Shown here piece after piece: positions 9,897 through 19,294 of a stretch of 64,000 nt of DNA. The translations under genes were made by a program, and so were the position numbers. The notes beneath the pieces are model-generated. The model was not told the origin of the DNA and made no database searches. It saw nothing but the letters and a program-made list of their open reading frames with translations. The stretch is taken from NCBI GenBank assembly GCA_050287085.1, contig JBNKBE010000012.1:1-64000 (forward strand), written 5' to 3'. The first letter of the stretch is position 1. The number at the start of each line of letters is the position of its first letter. The DNA is from Polyangiaceae bacterium (lineage in GTDB: Bacteria; Myxococcota_A; Polyangia; Polyangiales; Polyangiaceae).

Positions 9897-10895
9897 CTAG
9901 AAGTGAGCCAAGAGCGCAATCCGCATGAAGGCGCCCCGCGTCTGCACGTCTCCCAACGGCACGGCTGGCGTTCTGATACGACCGCCAGTTTCCGCTGGCA
10001 ACTCGAAGGTCACAGCCGGAGCCAGGCGATAGCCACCGTCCACCATCAGTGCTGCGCCCAGGGAATTCGCCCTCCGTCGCGTTGCGCTCAGGCGGATCGG
10101 ACTGGAGAAGAGTGCCAGCCCGCCACCTGCCGTCGCGAAATAGCGTGCCTTGTCTACTTTGGCCACCCCGTCCAAGGTATCCAGCAGCCCATCTGTCAGG
10201 GTCGCGCCCCCAGAAAGACGAACGTAGGGCGCAAACCATCGCCACAACGGATAACGCAACTGCACACCAAGGCCCAGGTCAGTTTGAGTGAGACGCCCCT
10301 CATAGATTTCGCCACGCTGACCGACTTGTTCAGACTCACCGGAAGCCAGCAGCGCCTCCAGCGACAGAACCGAAGCTCCCAGCTCCGTCGCATCCCACAT
10401 GAGCATGAGACCGAAACGCTGATCCACATCGTCCGTTGAGAAGTAGTCCCAAGCAGCGTCCTTGTTGTAGGTCGAGTCAAGAGCCAAACCCAAGAAGTAG
10501 TGAGCCGACAGCGGTACTTTGGGTCGCTCCGCATCGGTGGTCGAGCGAGGGGACGCTGCAGACGGCTGCGCCAGAACGTCTGGCGTCGCTACCGAGTTGC
10601 CTCCATCCGTCGGCGCAGAGAGCGGAGCCGGCTGAGTCGCTTCGCCCTCGCCGGCCGCCGCGTCTTCCTTGACATCAGTCGGGATGGCCTCTGGCAACGC
10701 CTCCGATACCGGAGCCGTCGCTTGCCCCTCCGGAACGGCTTTGGCCAGGGACGTCGCGGGGGCAGCAACCGGTTCAGCTCCAGCCGCCGGCGGGTTGGCT
10801 TCTTGGGCAAAGGCGCACACGCCCAAGGCGTGTACGAACAACGTTGCGGATGCGCCCAAAGCGAGACGGGGCGACCGAATCATTCGAGTCTTCAT
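9897..10895 (-). CDS. Putative outer-membrane beta-barrel protein with Pro/Ala-rich N-terminal linker
   Basis: Signal peptide ending AFA-Q, amphipathic strands (FAPYVRLSGG, DGGYR), C-terminal Phe. Confidence 0.65.
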   Translation of the reverse strand: MKTRMIRSPRLALGASATLFVHALGVCAFAQEANPPAAGAEPVAAPATSLAKAVPEGQATAPVSEALPEAIPTDVKEDAAAGEGEATQPAPLSAPTDGGNSVATPDVLAQPSAASPRSTTDAERPKVPLSAHYFLGLALDSTYNKDAAWDYFSTDDVDQRFGLMLMWDATELGASVLSLEALLASGESEQVGQRGEIYEGRLTQTDLGLGVQLRYPLWRWFAPYVRLSGGATLTDGLLDTLDGVAKVDKARYFATAGGGLALFSSPIRLSATRRRANSLGAALMVDGGYRLAPAVTFELPAETGGRIRTPAVPLGDVQTRGAFMRIALLAHF

Positions 10896-12424
10896 TGCTG
10901 ATCCAGAGGTGCAGGGTAAAAGAGTCCGCGCAGCGCTACCGCATCACCGTTTCGCGGCTCGGAAGCGTCCAACACTGTCACGCGACCAGCCGTTGATGAG
11001 TGCACCAGCACAACGCGCTTGTACTCACCTTCGGTAAAGAACAAGACATGCTCAAAAGCGCCATCGACCTTGACCTGATTGGTCTTGTTGGAGTCCGACG
11101 AGTAGTCGACGTAGCCCAGAATACCTGCGCCCTTGTCGGGCACCCAGATCCGGCGCAGGTCGGGGGTTGGCACTACCGCAACGTTCGAGATGGCGGTCAG
11201 TTCCGACGTCGCCCGTCGTTCAAGATTGAGCAGGGACAGACCATTGCTTCGTGCGAGCAGTACGAGCCCGTCATCGAGGCGAGAAACCGCAGTCTGACCC
11301 GGGTGCACGCGCACAGACTCCAGGTTGCGGCTCGTTCGTTCTTCAATGTTGTCCAAATCGACAAACGTCACTCGATCGCCGGAGCTTCCGTATACCAGCG
11401 CCCGCTGCCGAACGGCGCTGTCGCTGGGTGATGTCCCCTGAAAGAGCAAGACCGACTGCGCCCGATGTTCCAAAGCGATGGGGGTTACCCGGTTAGCGCC
11501 CGCTTCAATGATCAGCAGCGCGTTGTCGCTCACAGCCAGCAAACGCGCCTCCGCGCCTTCCCCGTAAGGCACCATGTCCGTGGGTCTGGCTCCGGCGCCG
11601 AGTTGATTCAGCGAGGGCTCGAAGTCGTTCTTTCGATTGCTGCCCGCTGGGGAAAGACTCACAACGAATACGTCACTCGAGTTCTGCGCTAGCAGGTAGA
11701 ACTTTCCTTCTTTGCTCCCGAATACGACGCGGTTCAACCCAATACCCTGCTGCGCACTAAACTCAACCGTGTAGGCTGGCCTCTCGGGATGCTCAACGTC
11801 GATAATCACCACGTGTGAGTCGTACAACACGAGGGCCAAGCGGTGGCTCTTATCCCCCACCTGCATGGCTGGCGAAAAGATCACGCCGCGGGGCGCCGCT
11901 CCCAGCCCGCGCAGCGATTGTGTCGCTACCGCTTGGTCTGGACTATTCTCGAGATCGACAATGGCTATCTCATTTGGATTGAAGAGAAGGCTGTCGTCCG
12001 CTTCGTCGCGATTGCCCGAGAACCACGCGATGGCGTAGCGTCCGTCGCTCGACTGCGAAACGACATCGAAGCGCGCGCCAATGGGAAAGCTCGCTACGAC
12101 TTCCTTATCACTGATACGGCTCAGTTCAGCCTCCCCGGCATCGCCGCCATAAGATAACAGCAACAGCTCGTTGTGCTGCGCGCGACGCCACACGCGCTTC
12201 GGGGAAGTCGGGAGCTGATAGCGACTGAGCTCCGACGACACGGACTTTTTGCCGACGTCGAGCACAAGCGCCTGCTGGCTTGCCTCGTCAATCCAAACGA
12301 CATGCGAGTCGAGCGCCACTGGCGCATCCAAAAGCTCCACACGCTGCACGGCGTCCTGTCCACCACATGCAGGTAGAAGCAGTGCGCTCATTGCGCACAT
12401 CCAACCTAATACGACGTTCTTCAC
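10892..12424 (-). CDS. Beta-propeller lipoprotein
   Basis: Lipobox LPAC; repeated strand-rich blades (SSDGRYAI, VTFVDL); overlaps the next gene. Confidence 0.7.
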   Translation of the reverse strand: MKNVVLGWMCAMSALLLPACGGQDAVQRVELLDAPVALDSHVVWIDEASQQALVLDVGKKSVSSELSRYQLPTSPKRVWRRAQHNELLLLSYGGDAGEAELSRISDKEVVASFPIGARFDVVSQSSDGRYAIAWFSGNRDEADDSLLFNPNEIAIVDLENSPDQAVATQSLRGLGAAPRGVIFSPAMQVGDKSHRLALVLYDSHVVIIDVEHPERPAYTVEFSAQQGIGLNRVVFGSKEGKFYLLAQNSSDVFVVSLSPAGSNRKNDFEPSLNQLGAGARPTDMVPYGEGAEARLLAVSDNALLIIEAGANRVTPIALEHRAQSVLLFQGTSPSDSAVRQRALVYGSSGDRVTFVDLDNIEERTSRNLESVRVHPGQTAVSRLDDGLVLLARSNGLSLLNLERRATSELTAISNVAVVPTPDLRRIWVPDKGAGILGYVDYSSDSNKTNQVKVDGAFEHVLFFTEGEYKRVVLVHSSTAGRVTVLDASEPRNGDAVALRGLFYPAPLDQQ

Positions 12425-12426
12425 GC

Positions 12427-14382
12427 TTACTCCCTAATTCGACCGTTGAGTTCGAAGCCGGTGACAGACTCGGTTTCTGCGGTGGTCCAATCCACAAAGG
12501 TGATGCGCCCATCTGGATGGTCCTGAGAGACAAATACCTTGTTGGCGCCCGGCACTACCCCGAGGCTTATCGGTCTACTTCCGAGCGAAATAGAATCTAC
12601 GAGGAACGACTCGAGTCCGACGCGCTGGACCTCGAAAGGTCCACCCGTTCCCGCGTTCAGAAGCAGGAACAAATAGGAGCTATCGGGCACGACCGTAAAC
12701 ATTCCGGGCTCGGTTGGAGTCAGCTGCAACTTGTAGAAGCCGCTGCCCAACTCCAGGACGGAGAAGCCGTAGGAAAAGTCGATCAACTGATCGCCCGTAA
12801 GACCTGCCGCGTTCGGATCGCCGGGCAGCTTCTGATGCATCAGCAATGCGGACCGCCCATCAGGCGCAATTGCCGCAGCTCGTACGGCTTTGGGCAGCTG
12901 AACATGCCGCAGCATGCGCTCCTCTACGTTCAAGATCGTCACCCGCTCGACGTCACTGGCCGCCGTCGTGTAGAGCAGCGCGTACCTTCCGTCCTTGGCG
13001 ATGCTTACGGATCCAACGATCTCGGCGCCAACCGCAATCGGTACAACTTGCTCAGGATCGGTGAAGGCTTCCGGCAGAGGAACGTAGAGGACCGTTCGCC
13101 TATCGCGCACTACGGCCAGGGCGTAGCTGCCGTCTGGCGCCATGTCGACGTCGGTCACATCGGTAAACGGAGGAGGCGCAACATTGGTGGGCGGCTCGGC
13201 GACCTCTGGCTCGCTCTCGGCGCCCATGGCCGCACCGCCATCCGGGGCGCTCGCCCCCCCGTCCAGAACGCTCGCGTTGTCCCCCTGAGCTTCCTCTGCG
13301 AGACGCGCCGCCGCCTCAGCGTCGGCTTTGGCGAAGATATCTCTCAAATCCAACGTCAACGGCTCGCCCTCCGCGGCTTCGAGATCGAGCAGGCGTAACA
13401 CCGCATCCTCCGGCAAACGCGACAGTGCGTAGCTGCCGTCCGGGGAAACCGAGATATCGAGAGTGGTTGCCTCACCCTCGGCACCCAAGCCATAGGTCGG
13501 CGCGATATGGGGTCCTCGCTTCAGCACGTCAGCGAAGTCGAGCACCGAGACGCCGTCCTCCGTGATGACGTAGCCGCGCTCACCCGTGGAATCAAAGTGC
13601 ACAGCACTCGGTCGAAAGCCGACGGTCATCGGCACCGAAACCTCCTCGTCCGCAAAAACCACGCTGATGTCCTGGAAGCTTCCCGCAGGTCCGCTCGAGC
13701 GCAGGCGAGCATCAAAAAAGACGACGGCGTGGTGCCCCCCCGGCGCAATAGCAATCGCGTTCGAGCCGGCAACAACCGGTAGCTCCGTCGTCGTCGATAC
13801 CCCTCCCTCCGTACGAATGAGGGTCGCGTCCTCAGACTCAACGTTGAGGACAAGGGCGGCGTCTGCGTCCGGCATCGTGCGGACGTAGGTGGGCCCGTTG
13901 CCCGCCTGCACGCTCTGAATGGCCAGCGTCTGGGAGTCGATCACCGAGACGCTATCGCTCGCTGGATTGGCGGCGTACACATAACGCTGCCCCGCTGCCG
14001 GCAGATCAAAGCTCAGCGACACCTCCTCCTCAGCCTCCAACTGAGGCACAGGTTCCTCGATCACATTGCCCTGACCATCTGCGATCACCGGAGTCGGGGG
14101 TGACGAGCCCATCTGCTGGCTCTGCCCGCCAGTGACCGCAGCGGCCCCCCCGCTGGCCACGGAAGGCGCCTCGGGAGCGAAATCCCCACGGTTTGGATCA
14201 TTCGTGTCCGAGCTGGAGCCCAAGAGCAAATTCCCCTCGCTTGCACCTGAGTCGCAGCCGCCCCCCGCGACGCAGGCTGCACCTAAGACGAGCCAAGCGA
14301 AACGCAGACGGCCCCTCCCTTGTCCCACGCGAGGCAGGTGAAACGAAGTGGCATTGCGCAAATAGGTAGGAATGGGTGCCAT
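12427..14382 (-). CDS. YVTN/YncE-like beta-propeller lipoprotein
   Basis: Lipobox-like GGGC; YVYAANPASDSVSVID blade; repeated SPDGSYAL / APDGRSAL. Confidence 0.75.
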   Translation of the reverse strand: MAPIPTYLRNATSFHLPRVGQGRGRLRFAWLVLGAACVAGGGCDSGASEGNLLLGSSSDTNDPNRGDFAPEAPSVASGGAAAVTGGQSQQMGSSPPTPVIADGQGNVIEEPVPQLEAEEEVSLSFDLPAAGQRYVYAANPASDSVSVIDSQTLAIQSVQAGNGPTYVRTMPDADAALVLNVESEDATLIRTEGGVSTTTELPVVAGSNAIAIAPGGHHAVVFFDARLRSSGPAGSFQDISVVFADEEVSVPMTVGFRPSAVHFDSTGERGYVITEDGVSVLDFADVLKRGPHIAPTYGLGAEGEATTLDISVSPDGSYALSRLPEDAVLRLLDLEAAEGEPLTLDLRDIFAKADAEAAARLAEEAQGDNASVLDGGASAPDGGAAMGAESEPEVAEPPTNVAPPPFTDVTDVDMAPDGSYALAVVRDRRTVLYVPLPEAFTDPEQVVPIAVGAEIVGSVSIAKDGRYALLYTTAASDVERVTILNVEERMLRHVQLPKAVRAAAIAPDGRSALLMHQKLPGDPNAAGLTGDQLIDFSYGFSVLELGSGFYKLQLTPTEPGMFTVVPDSSYLFLLLNAGTGGPFEVQRVGLESFLVDSISLGSRPISLGVVPGANKVFVSQDHPDGRITFVDWTTAETESVTGFELNGRIRE

Positions 14383-14399
14383 GGGTCTAGACGCCCCTT

Positions 14400-14416
14400 A
14401 GCAATTAGCACGCCAA
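14400..14416 (-). promoter_or_regulatory. Sigma-54 (-24/-12) promoter
   Basis: Minus strand TTGGCGTGCTAATTGCT has exact GG-N10-GC spacing with TTGC, immediately upstream of the 14382 operon. Confidence 0.7.
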
Positions 14417-14573
14417 GGTGCGAATCGACCCGATACGTGGCTCGCTCACCAAGAACGTCGGCGCAGCGGATGAGCGGCACGTGCCATCTTGTGCCAAATC
14501 TGTAGGCTGATGTCAGAGCTGCGCGGCACGGGTATGGCACGAAGGCGGGTAACCCCTCGGGGGGTCCCCACCC

Positions 14574-15803
14574 TCAGCGTTCCAGCGCCAGGAGTTCCTC
14601 GACGGTCTGTCGACGACGGATCAGGCGCAACTGCTCACCATCCACCAGCACCTCGGCACACAAGGGACGCGTGTTGTAATTCGAACCCATGCTCGCGCCA
14701 TAGGCCCCCGCATCGAGGAAGGCCAGCACATCCCCAACCTCAGCTCGCGGCAAGAGGCGTGGAACGACATCTCCGCCCGCGGTCTGGGTGAACACGTCTC
14801 CGGACTCGCACATAGGGCCGGCCACCACGGTTGCGCGGGGCTCCCTCGCAGCGGCTTCGCCGAGCAGTTCAATATCGTGATGAGCCCCGTACAGAACGGG
14901 TCGCATCAGATCGTTGAAACCAGCGTCGACCAGCGTGAAGTGCTTGCCTCCCATAGGCTTGGTCGCACGCACTTCGGTCAAGAGATACCCCGCCGAGGCT
15001 ACGAGAAAGCGACCCGGCTCGAGCTCCAAAGACACCGGATGCCCCAGGTGTTCCTCGATGCGGCGGCGAGCGGAGTCCCAGCGGTCGAAATAGGCTGCAG
15101 TGTCAACCTCCGGCTCGCCTGGGCGATAGGGAATGGACAACCCGCCCCCGCCCGATATCGCGCGTACGTCACGCCCCAGCGCCACGACCTGCTCGACCAT
15201 CGCATCGCAAACGCGTTCCAGGTGACTCATTTCCGTCCCCGAACCGATGTGCATATGAAGCCCCACGAGATCCAGCGCGTACTTGTCTACAGCGGCTAGC
15301 GCCGCGTCGAGATCAGCATGCCAAATACCGTGCTTGCTGTTTTCGCCACCGGTATTGGTCTTCTTGCTATGGCCGTGCCCAAACCCTGGGTTAACACGAA
15401 GCCAAACGGGATGCCCGCGACGGACGCGTCCCAACTGCTCCAACATGTCAGCCGAGCCAGCATTCACCGGGACCCCCAACTCGACTACCCGTGCCAGGGC
15501 CGCTTCCGTTAGAATGTCGGCGGTATACACCACCGCCGCGGGCTCACCTTGAACCCGATAGCCTGCAGCCACGGCGCGCTCGAGTTCACCTAGCGACACA
15601 CAATCCACCAGGGCGCCCTCCGCCTTCAACAGCTCCAGCACATGGATGTTGGGACAGGCTTTCTGAGCAAAACGCACCACATCAAACATCCGCAGGCGCC
15701 GAAACTGGCTGCGAATGGTCGCCGCATCGTAGACGTAGGTCGGAGTCCCGAAGCGGTTGGCTACCTCACGAAGGCGCGCCTGGAGTTCGTTGGATAGTCT
15801 CAT
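14574..15803 (-). CDS. lysA: Diaminopimelate decarboxylase
   Basis: RFAQKAC (PLP Lys), HMHIGSG, EPGRFL, GPMCESGD, GAYGASMGSNYN; start re-set to MRLSNEL. Confidence 0.95.
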   Translation of the reverse strand: MRLSNELQARLREVANRFGTPTYVYDAATIRSQFRRLRMFDVVRFAQKACPNIHVLELLKAEGALVDCVSLGELERAVAAGYRVQGEPAAVVYTADILTEAALARVVELGVPVNAGSADMLEQLGRVRRGHPVWLRVNPGFGHGHSKKTNTGGENSKHGIWHADLDAALAAVDKYALDLVGLHMHIGSGTEMSHLERVCDAMVEQVVALGRDVRAISGGGGLSIPYRPGEPEVDTAAYFDRWDSARRRIEEHLGHPVSLELEPGRFLVASAGYLLTEVRATKPMGGKHFTLVDAGFNDLMRPVLYGAHHDIELLGEAAAREPRATVVAGPMCESGDVFTQTAGGDVVPRLLPRAEVGDVLAFLDAGAYGASMGSNYNTRPLCAEVLVDGEQLRLIRRRQTVEELLALER

Positions 15804-15989
15804 GGTGTAGTCCTGTCTTCCCGCCGCGAGGGGCAAGCGCGGAGGCGGCGGCTCTTTGTGGGGCCCAGCCCACCGGGAGCGGTGCCGCAATAGTCGGAGA
15901 GACGCCCTATGTCTACAATGGGGCTATCTCGTCTCGAAGCTCGCGCTTCGGCCCGCGTCAGCAGGCGTCTGCGCCTTCGCAAGAGGGCC

Positions 15990-16997
15990 TCATGCGCCAC
16001 CCAACAGCCGTCGCGCCATGGACATCGCAGCCCGCATGCCAGCCGCGTCCGCGCACCCTTGCCACGCGATGTCATAGGCCGTGCCGTGATCTACGCTCGT
16101 GCGCACGCAGCTCAAGCCCATCGTCACGTTAACCGCGGAGCCAAAGTCGAGAAGCTTCATCGGCACGGTGGCCTGGTCGTGATACATGGCCACAACCCCG
16201 TCAAAGTCCCCCGCACGGGCATAGCGAAAAGCCGTTTCAGCCCCTATCGGGCCTTGAACGTAAGCGCGCCGACCAAGCTTCCGGCGCGCCGCTGCAACCC
16301 CCGGTACTATGACACGCGCTTCCTCCGACCCGAGCAGCTCATCCTCACCGGCGTGCGGGTTGAGAGCCGTCACGGCGATGCGAGGGACCCGACCGAGTCG
16401 CTCGAGGGCCTCGACCAGATGAACAGTCGCCCGGGTTACACCATCCGAGGTGATGTGCGTCGAGACATCAGCCAATCGCAGGTGAGTGGTCACCAGCGAA
16501 GAGGCGAGTCGCTTGCCAACGAAGCACATCGTCACGCTCGGCGCGCCATCGAGCGTCTGCAGCCACTCGGTATGGCCCCTGAACTCCTCGGCGCCCGGCA
16601 CGCCAGAGCGGGCGATCACCGCTTTGCTCACTGCCGCCGTGACCAGCGCACCGCCCGCGGCGCTCGCCAAGCGGTACGCTGTCTCAACATAATGGAGCTG
16701 TGCTGCACCTGCAGCCGCCGAGGGAGCCTGCGGCCGGCAGTCCCCCGCTCGCAAGCGCGGCCCCGTGTCCAATACGTAGAGCTTGGCTCGACGTGGCCCC
16801 TGGCAAACCGCTTGTTCGGTGATCGGCTCGAGCATTGCCGGATCGGAACCCAAGAGCTTGGCGGCCCGCGCCAACACGCGGGCGTTGCCCACTAAGACAC
16901 GAGCCACCCCGCGCGTGCGGAGCGCTGCGGCCAGCGAAACCTCAGGCCCGATGCTGGCAGGGCACCCCGTCGAAACGACAAGTAGCGGCGGGCTCAC
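15990..16997 (-). CDS. pdxA: 4-hydroxythreonine-4-phosphate dehydrogenase
   Basis: GHTEWL, LNPHAGE, AMYHDQ, RTSVDHGTAYDIA. Confidence 0.93.
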   Translation of the reverse strand: MSPPLLVVSTGCPASIGPEVSLAAALRTRGVARVLVGNARVLARAAKLLGSDPAMLEPITEQAVCQGPRRAKLYVLDTGPRLRAGDCRPQAPSAAAGAAQLHYVETAYRLASAAGGALVTAAVSKAVIARSGVPGAEEFRGHTEWLQTLDGAPSVTMCFVGKRLASSLVTTHLRLADVSTHITSDGVTRATVHLVEALERLGRVPRIAVTALNPHAGEDELLGSEEARVIVPGVAAARRKLGRRAYVQGPIGAETAFRYARAGDFDGVVAMYHDQATVPMKLLDFGSAVNVTMGLSCVRTSVDHGTAYDIAWQGCADAAGMRAAMSMARRLLGGA

Positions 16998-17755
16998 TCG
17001 TCGTCAGCTTCTTCTTCTTGCGGAGACTCTGGCGTGCGCAACTTGTAGCCCGAACCACGTAGCGTTTCGAGCGGCAGAGCGTCCCCTAGCTTGGCGCGCA
17101 GGCGGCGAACATGAATGTCCACCGTGCGAGGTCCGCCGTCATAGCGATTGCCCCAAACGCGCGCCAACAGGTGATCGCGAGAAAGCACCTTGCCCCGACG
17201 CTCACATAGATAGGCCAATAGTGCGAACTCCTTGGCCGTCAGCGTAACGGGCCGCCCGTGAACCGTGACCTCGTGAGCCGCCTTGTCGACGAGAATCGGC
17301 CCGACTTTGTGCCGCTCGTCTGTCGCGAACTCGCTGCGCCGCCATTCCACCGCGCGAATGCGGGCGTAGACCTCCTCCGGCACGTAGGGATGAAGCACAA
17401 AGTCCTCAAACCCGCTCGACGGATCTACACGCGCTATCTGTCCGATCGTGACCGAGATGATCGCGCCTACATTGTCAAAAACCTGCTCCTTGCGCACCGC
17501 ACGCAGGGCGGCGATCGCAAGGTCCGGACGGTCAAGCGCCTCAAATAAGAGCGCACGAGGTCGCGCTTCCGCCTCAACGTCCTCCTCAGAAAAGAGATTG
17601 ATGGGATCGTCCCAGAGATCCAGCGTTCGAACTTCGGCGCCAAGCTGGCGAAGAGTAACGGCAGCTCCGTCTTCTCGTTCGAGCAAGGGGCCATGTCCAA
17701 CGACGGCCACGAACGCTGGTCCACGGGGGTTTCTTTGATCAGAGTTGAGTGCCAC
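16994..17755 (-). CDS. OmpR/PhoB-family regulator with atypical receiver (GlnR-like)
   Basis: Canonical winged helix (LTAKEFALL, RTVDIHVRRLRAKL, RGSGY); the receiver lacks the acidic pair and has Glu at the expected phospho-Asp position. Confidence 0.85.
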   Translation of the reverse strand: MALNSDQRNPRGPAFVAVVGHGPLLEREDGAAVTLRQLGAEVRTLDLWDDPINLFSEEDVEAEARPRALLFEALDRPDLAIAALRAVRKEQVFDNVGAIISVTIGQIARVDPSSGFEDFVLHPYVPEEVYARIRAVEWRRSEFATDERHKVGPILVDKAAHEVTVHGRPVTLTAKEFALLAYLCERRGKVLSRDHLLARVWGNRYDGGPRTVDIHVRRLRAKLGDALPLETLRGSGYKLRTPESPQEEEADDE

Positions 17756-19175
17756 CTACAGTTATCCGGTCTATTTTTATGGTCGGGCAACCGACGCCAA
17801 CGGGAACGCTCTGGCCCTCTTTGCCGCAGGTCCAGATGCCATCACTCAGTTCCACATCGTGCCCCAGCATGGATACCTGCTGGAGTGTTTCCGGGCCATT
17901 TCCGATCAAGTTTACGCCCTTCAGCGGCGCGGTTATTTTCCCGTCCTCGATCAGATAGCTCTCGGTTAACGAAAACACAAAGTCGCCATTGGCGATGTCA
18001 ACCTGCCCCCCGCCGAAGGATTTCGCGAGGATGCCACGCTTGACGCTGCGTACGATTTCCTCCGGATCGTGAGGTCCAGCGGTAAGAATCGTGTTGGTCA
18101 TGCGAGGCAGCGGAACGCTTGAAAAGTCCTGACGCCTCCCGTTGCCACTCGGTGGCAGGCCGAAATGCCGAGCGCTCAAGCGGTCGTGCATATAGCCACG
18201 CAGGATGCCGTTCTCGATCAGAACGTTGCGCCGCGGCTCGTTGCCCTCGTCGTCGACGTTGAGGGTGCCGCGACTCTGCACAATCGTGGGATCGTCGACC
18301 ACCGTGCACAGCTCACTCGCAACGCGCTCTCCAATCATACCGGAGTAGTTGCTGGTCTGCTTGCGGTTGAAATCCGCTTCTAGACCGTGACCCACCGCCT
18401 CATGAAGGAGAATCCCACTGTCACCGGGGGCCAACACAACCGGCATCTGCCCCGCGGGAGCTTCGCGTGCGTCCAGGAGCATCAACGCCTGGCGCGCGGC
18501 CCGTTCCGCGTGCCAGGCCGGGCTCTTGCCTTCGAAATAACCCAGACTGGTACGGCCACCACCCCCGCTGCTACCCGACTCGCGACGCCCTCCCATCTCA
18601 GCGATGGCGCGGATCGAAAAGCGCATGAGCGGCTGGCGATCGCGAACAAAACGTCCATCGCTTGTGGCGATCAAGATCTCCCGAACCTCCTCATCGAACG
18701 ACGCCATCGTCTTGATGATGCGCGGATCGACCGCGAGCGCAGCGGCGCTGGCCGCCTCCAACAACGCGCGCTTCTCCAACCCCGAAACGTCCAGCGTGAG
18801 GCGCTCCAGCTCGTAGCGCTGAGCCACCAATCGAGGCTGCAACGCTTCGACATGTGCCGGGGCTCCGGACCGCGCGATGGCGGATGCCGTCCGAGCCGCG
18901 CGGGTCATCGCCTCCAAAGACAGGTCCTCGACGTGAGCCAAGCCGGTCGCGTCCCCAATCTGCACACGGATGCCAACCCCTAAGCTGACCCCACGAGAAG
19001 CTGACCTCGTAATACCCTCTTCAAACGAGAGCGAACCACTCGCACAATACTCGAAGAACAGATCTGCGTAGTCACCGCCATGCGCCAGCGCCACCGACAA
19101 CACCCGGCTACAGACGGCTTCGTCGATGCCCGCCGGGCCCCCAGGCGCAAATGGTGCGGTGTATGCCGTCATCAC
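17739..19175 (-). CDS. tldD: TldD metalloprotease (TldD/PmbA family)
   Basis: HEAVGHGLEADF, DDEG, GNGRR, PRMTNT, CGKEGQSVPVG. Confidence 0.93.
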   Translation of the reverse strand: MMTAYTAPFAPGGPAGIDEAVCSRVLSVALAHGGDYADLFFEYCASGSLSFEEGITRSASRGVSLGVGIRVQIGDATGLAHVEDLSLEAMTRAARTASAIARSGAPAHVEALQPRLVAQRYELERLTLDVSGLEKRALLEAASAAALAVDPRIIKTMASFDEEVREILIATSDGRFVRDRQPLMRFSIRAIAEMGGRRESGSSGGGGRTSLGYFEGKSPAWHAERAARQALMLLDAREAPAGQMPVVLAPGDSGILLHEAVGHGLEADFNRKQTSNYSGMIGERVASELCTVVDDPTIVQSRGTLNVDDEGNEPRRNVLIENGILRGYMHDRLSARHFGLPPSGNGRRQDFSSVPLPRMTNTILTAGPHDPEEIVRSVKRGILAKSFGGGQVDIANGDFVFSLTESYLIEDGKITAPLKGVNLIGNGPETLQQVSMLGHDVELSDGIWTCGKEGQSVPVGVGCPTIKIDRITVGGTQL

Positions 19176-19294
19176 AGGGAGCTTCAGCCGGCAGCAGACC
19201 TATTGGCAACGACAAAGCGCGCAATCGCAGGCCCGACGCAGAGCCGCTTCTGGGCGCGCAACTTCCTTGACCCAGATGGCCCGCGGACACTAAG

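Noticed and set aside
12280..13398. 372-aa plus-strand ORF
   Set aside because: Antisense shadow of the beta-propeller lipoprotein; Arg-rich with no motifs.
15909..16895. 328-aa plus-strand ORF
   Set aside because: Antisense shadow of pdxA.
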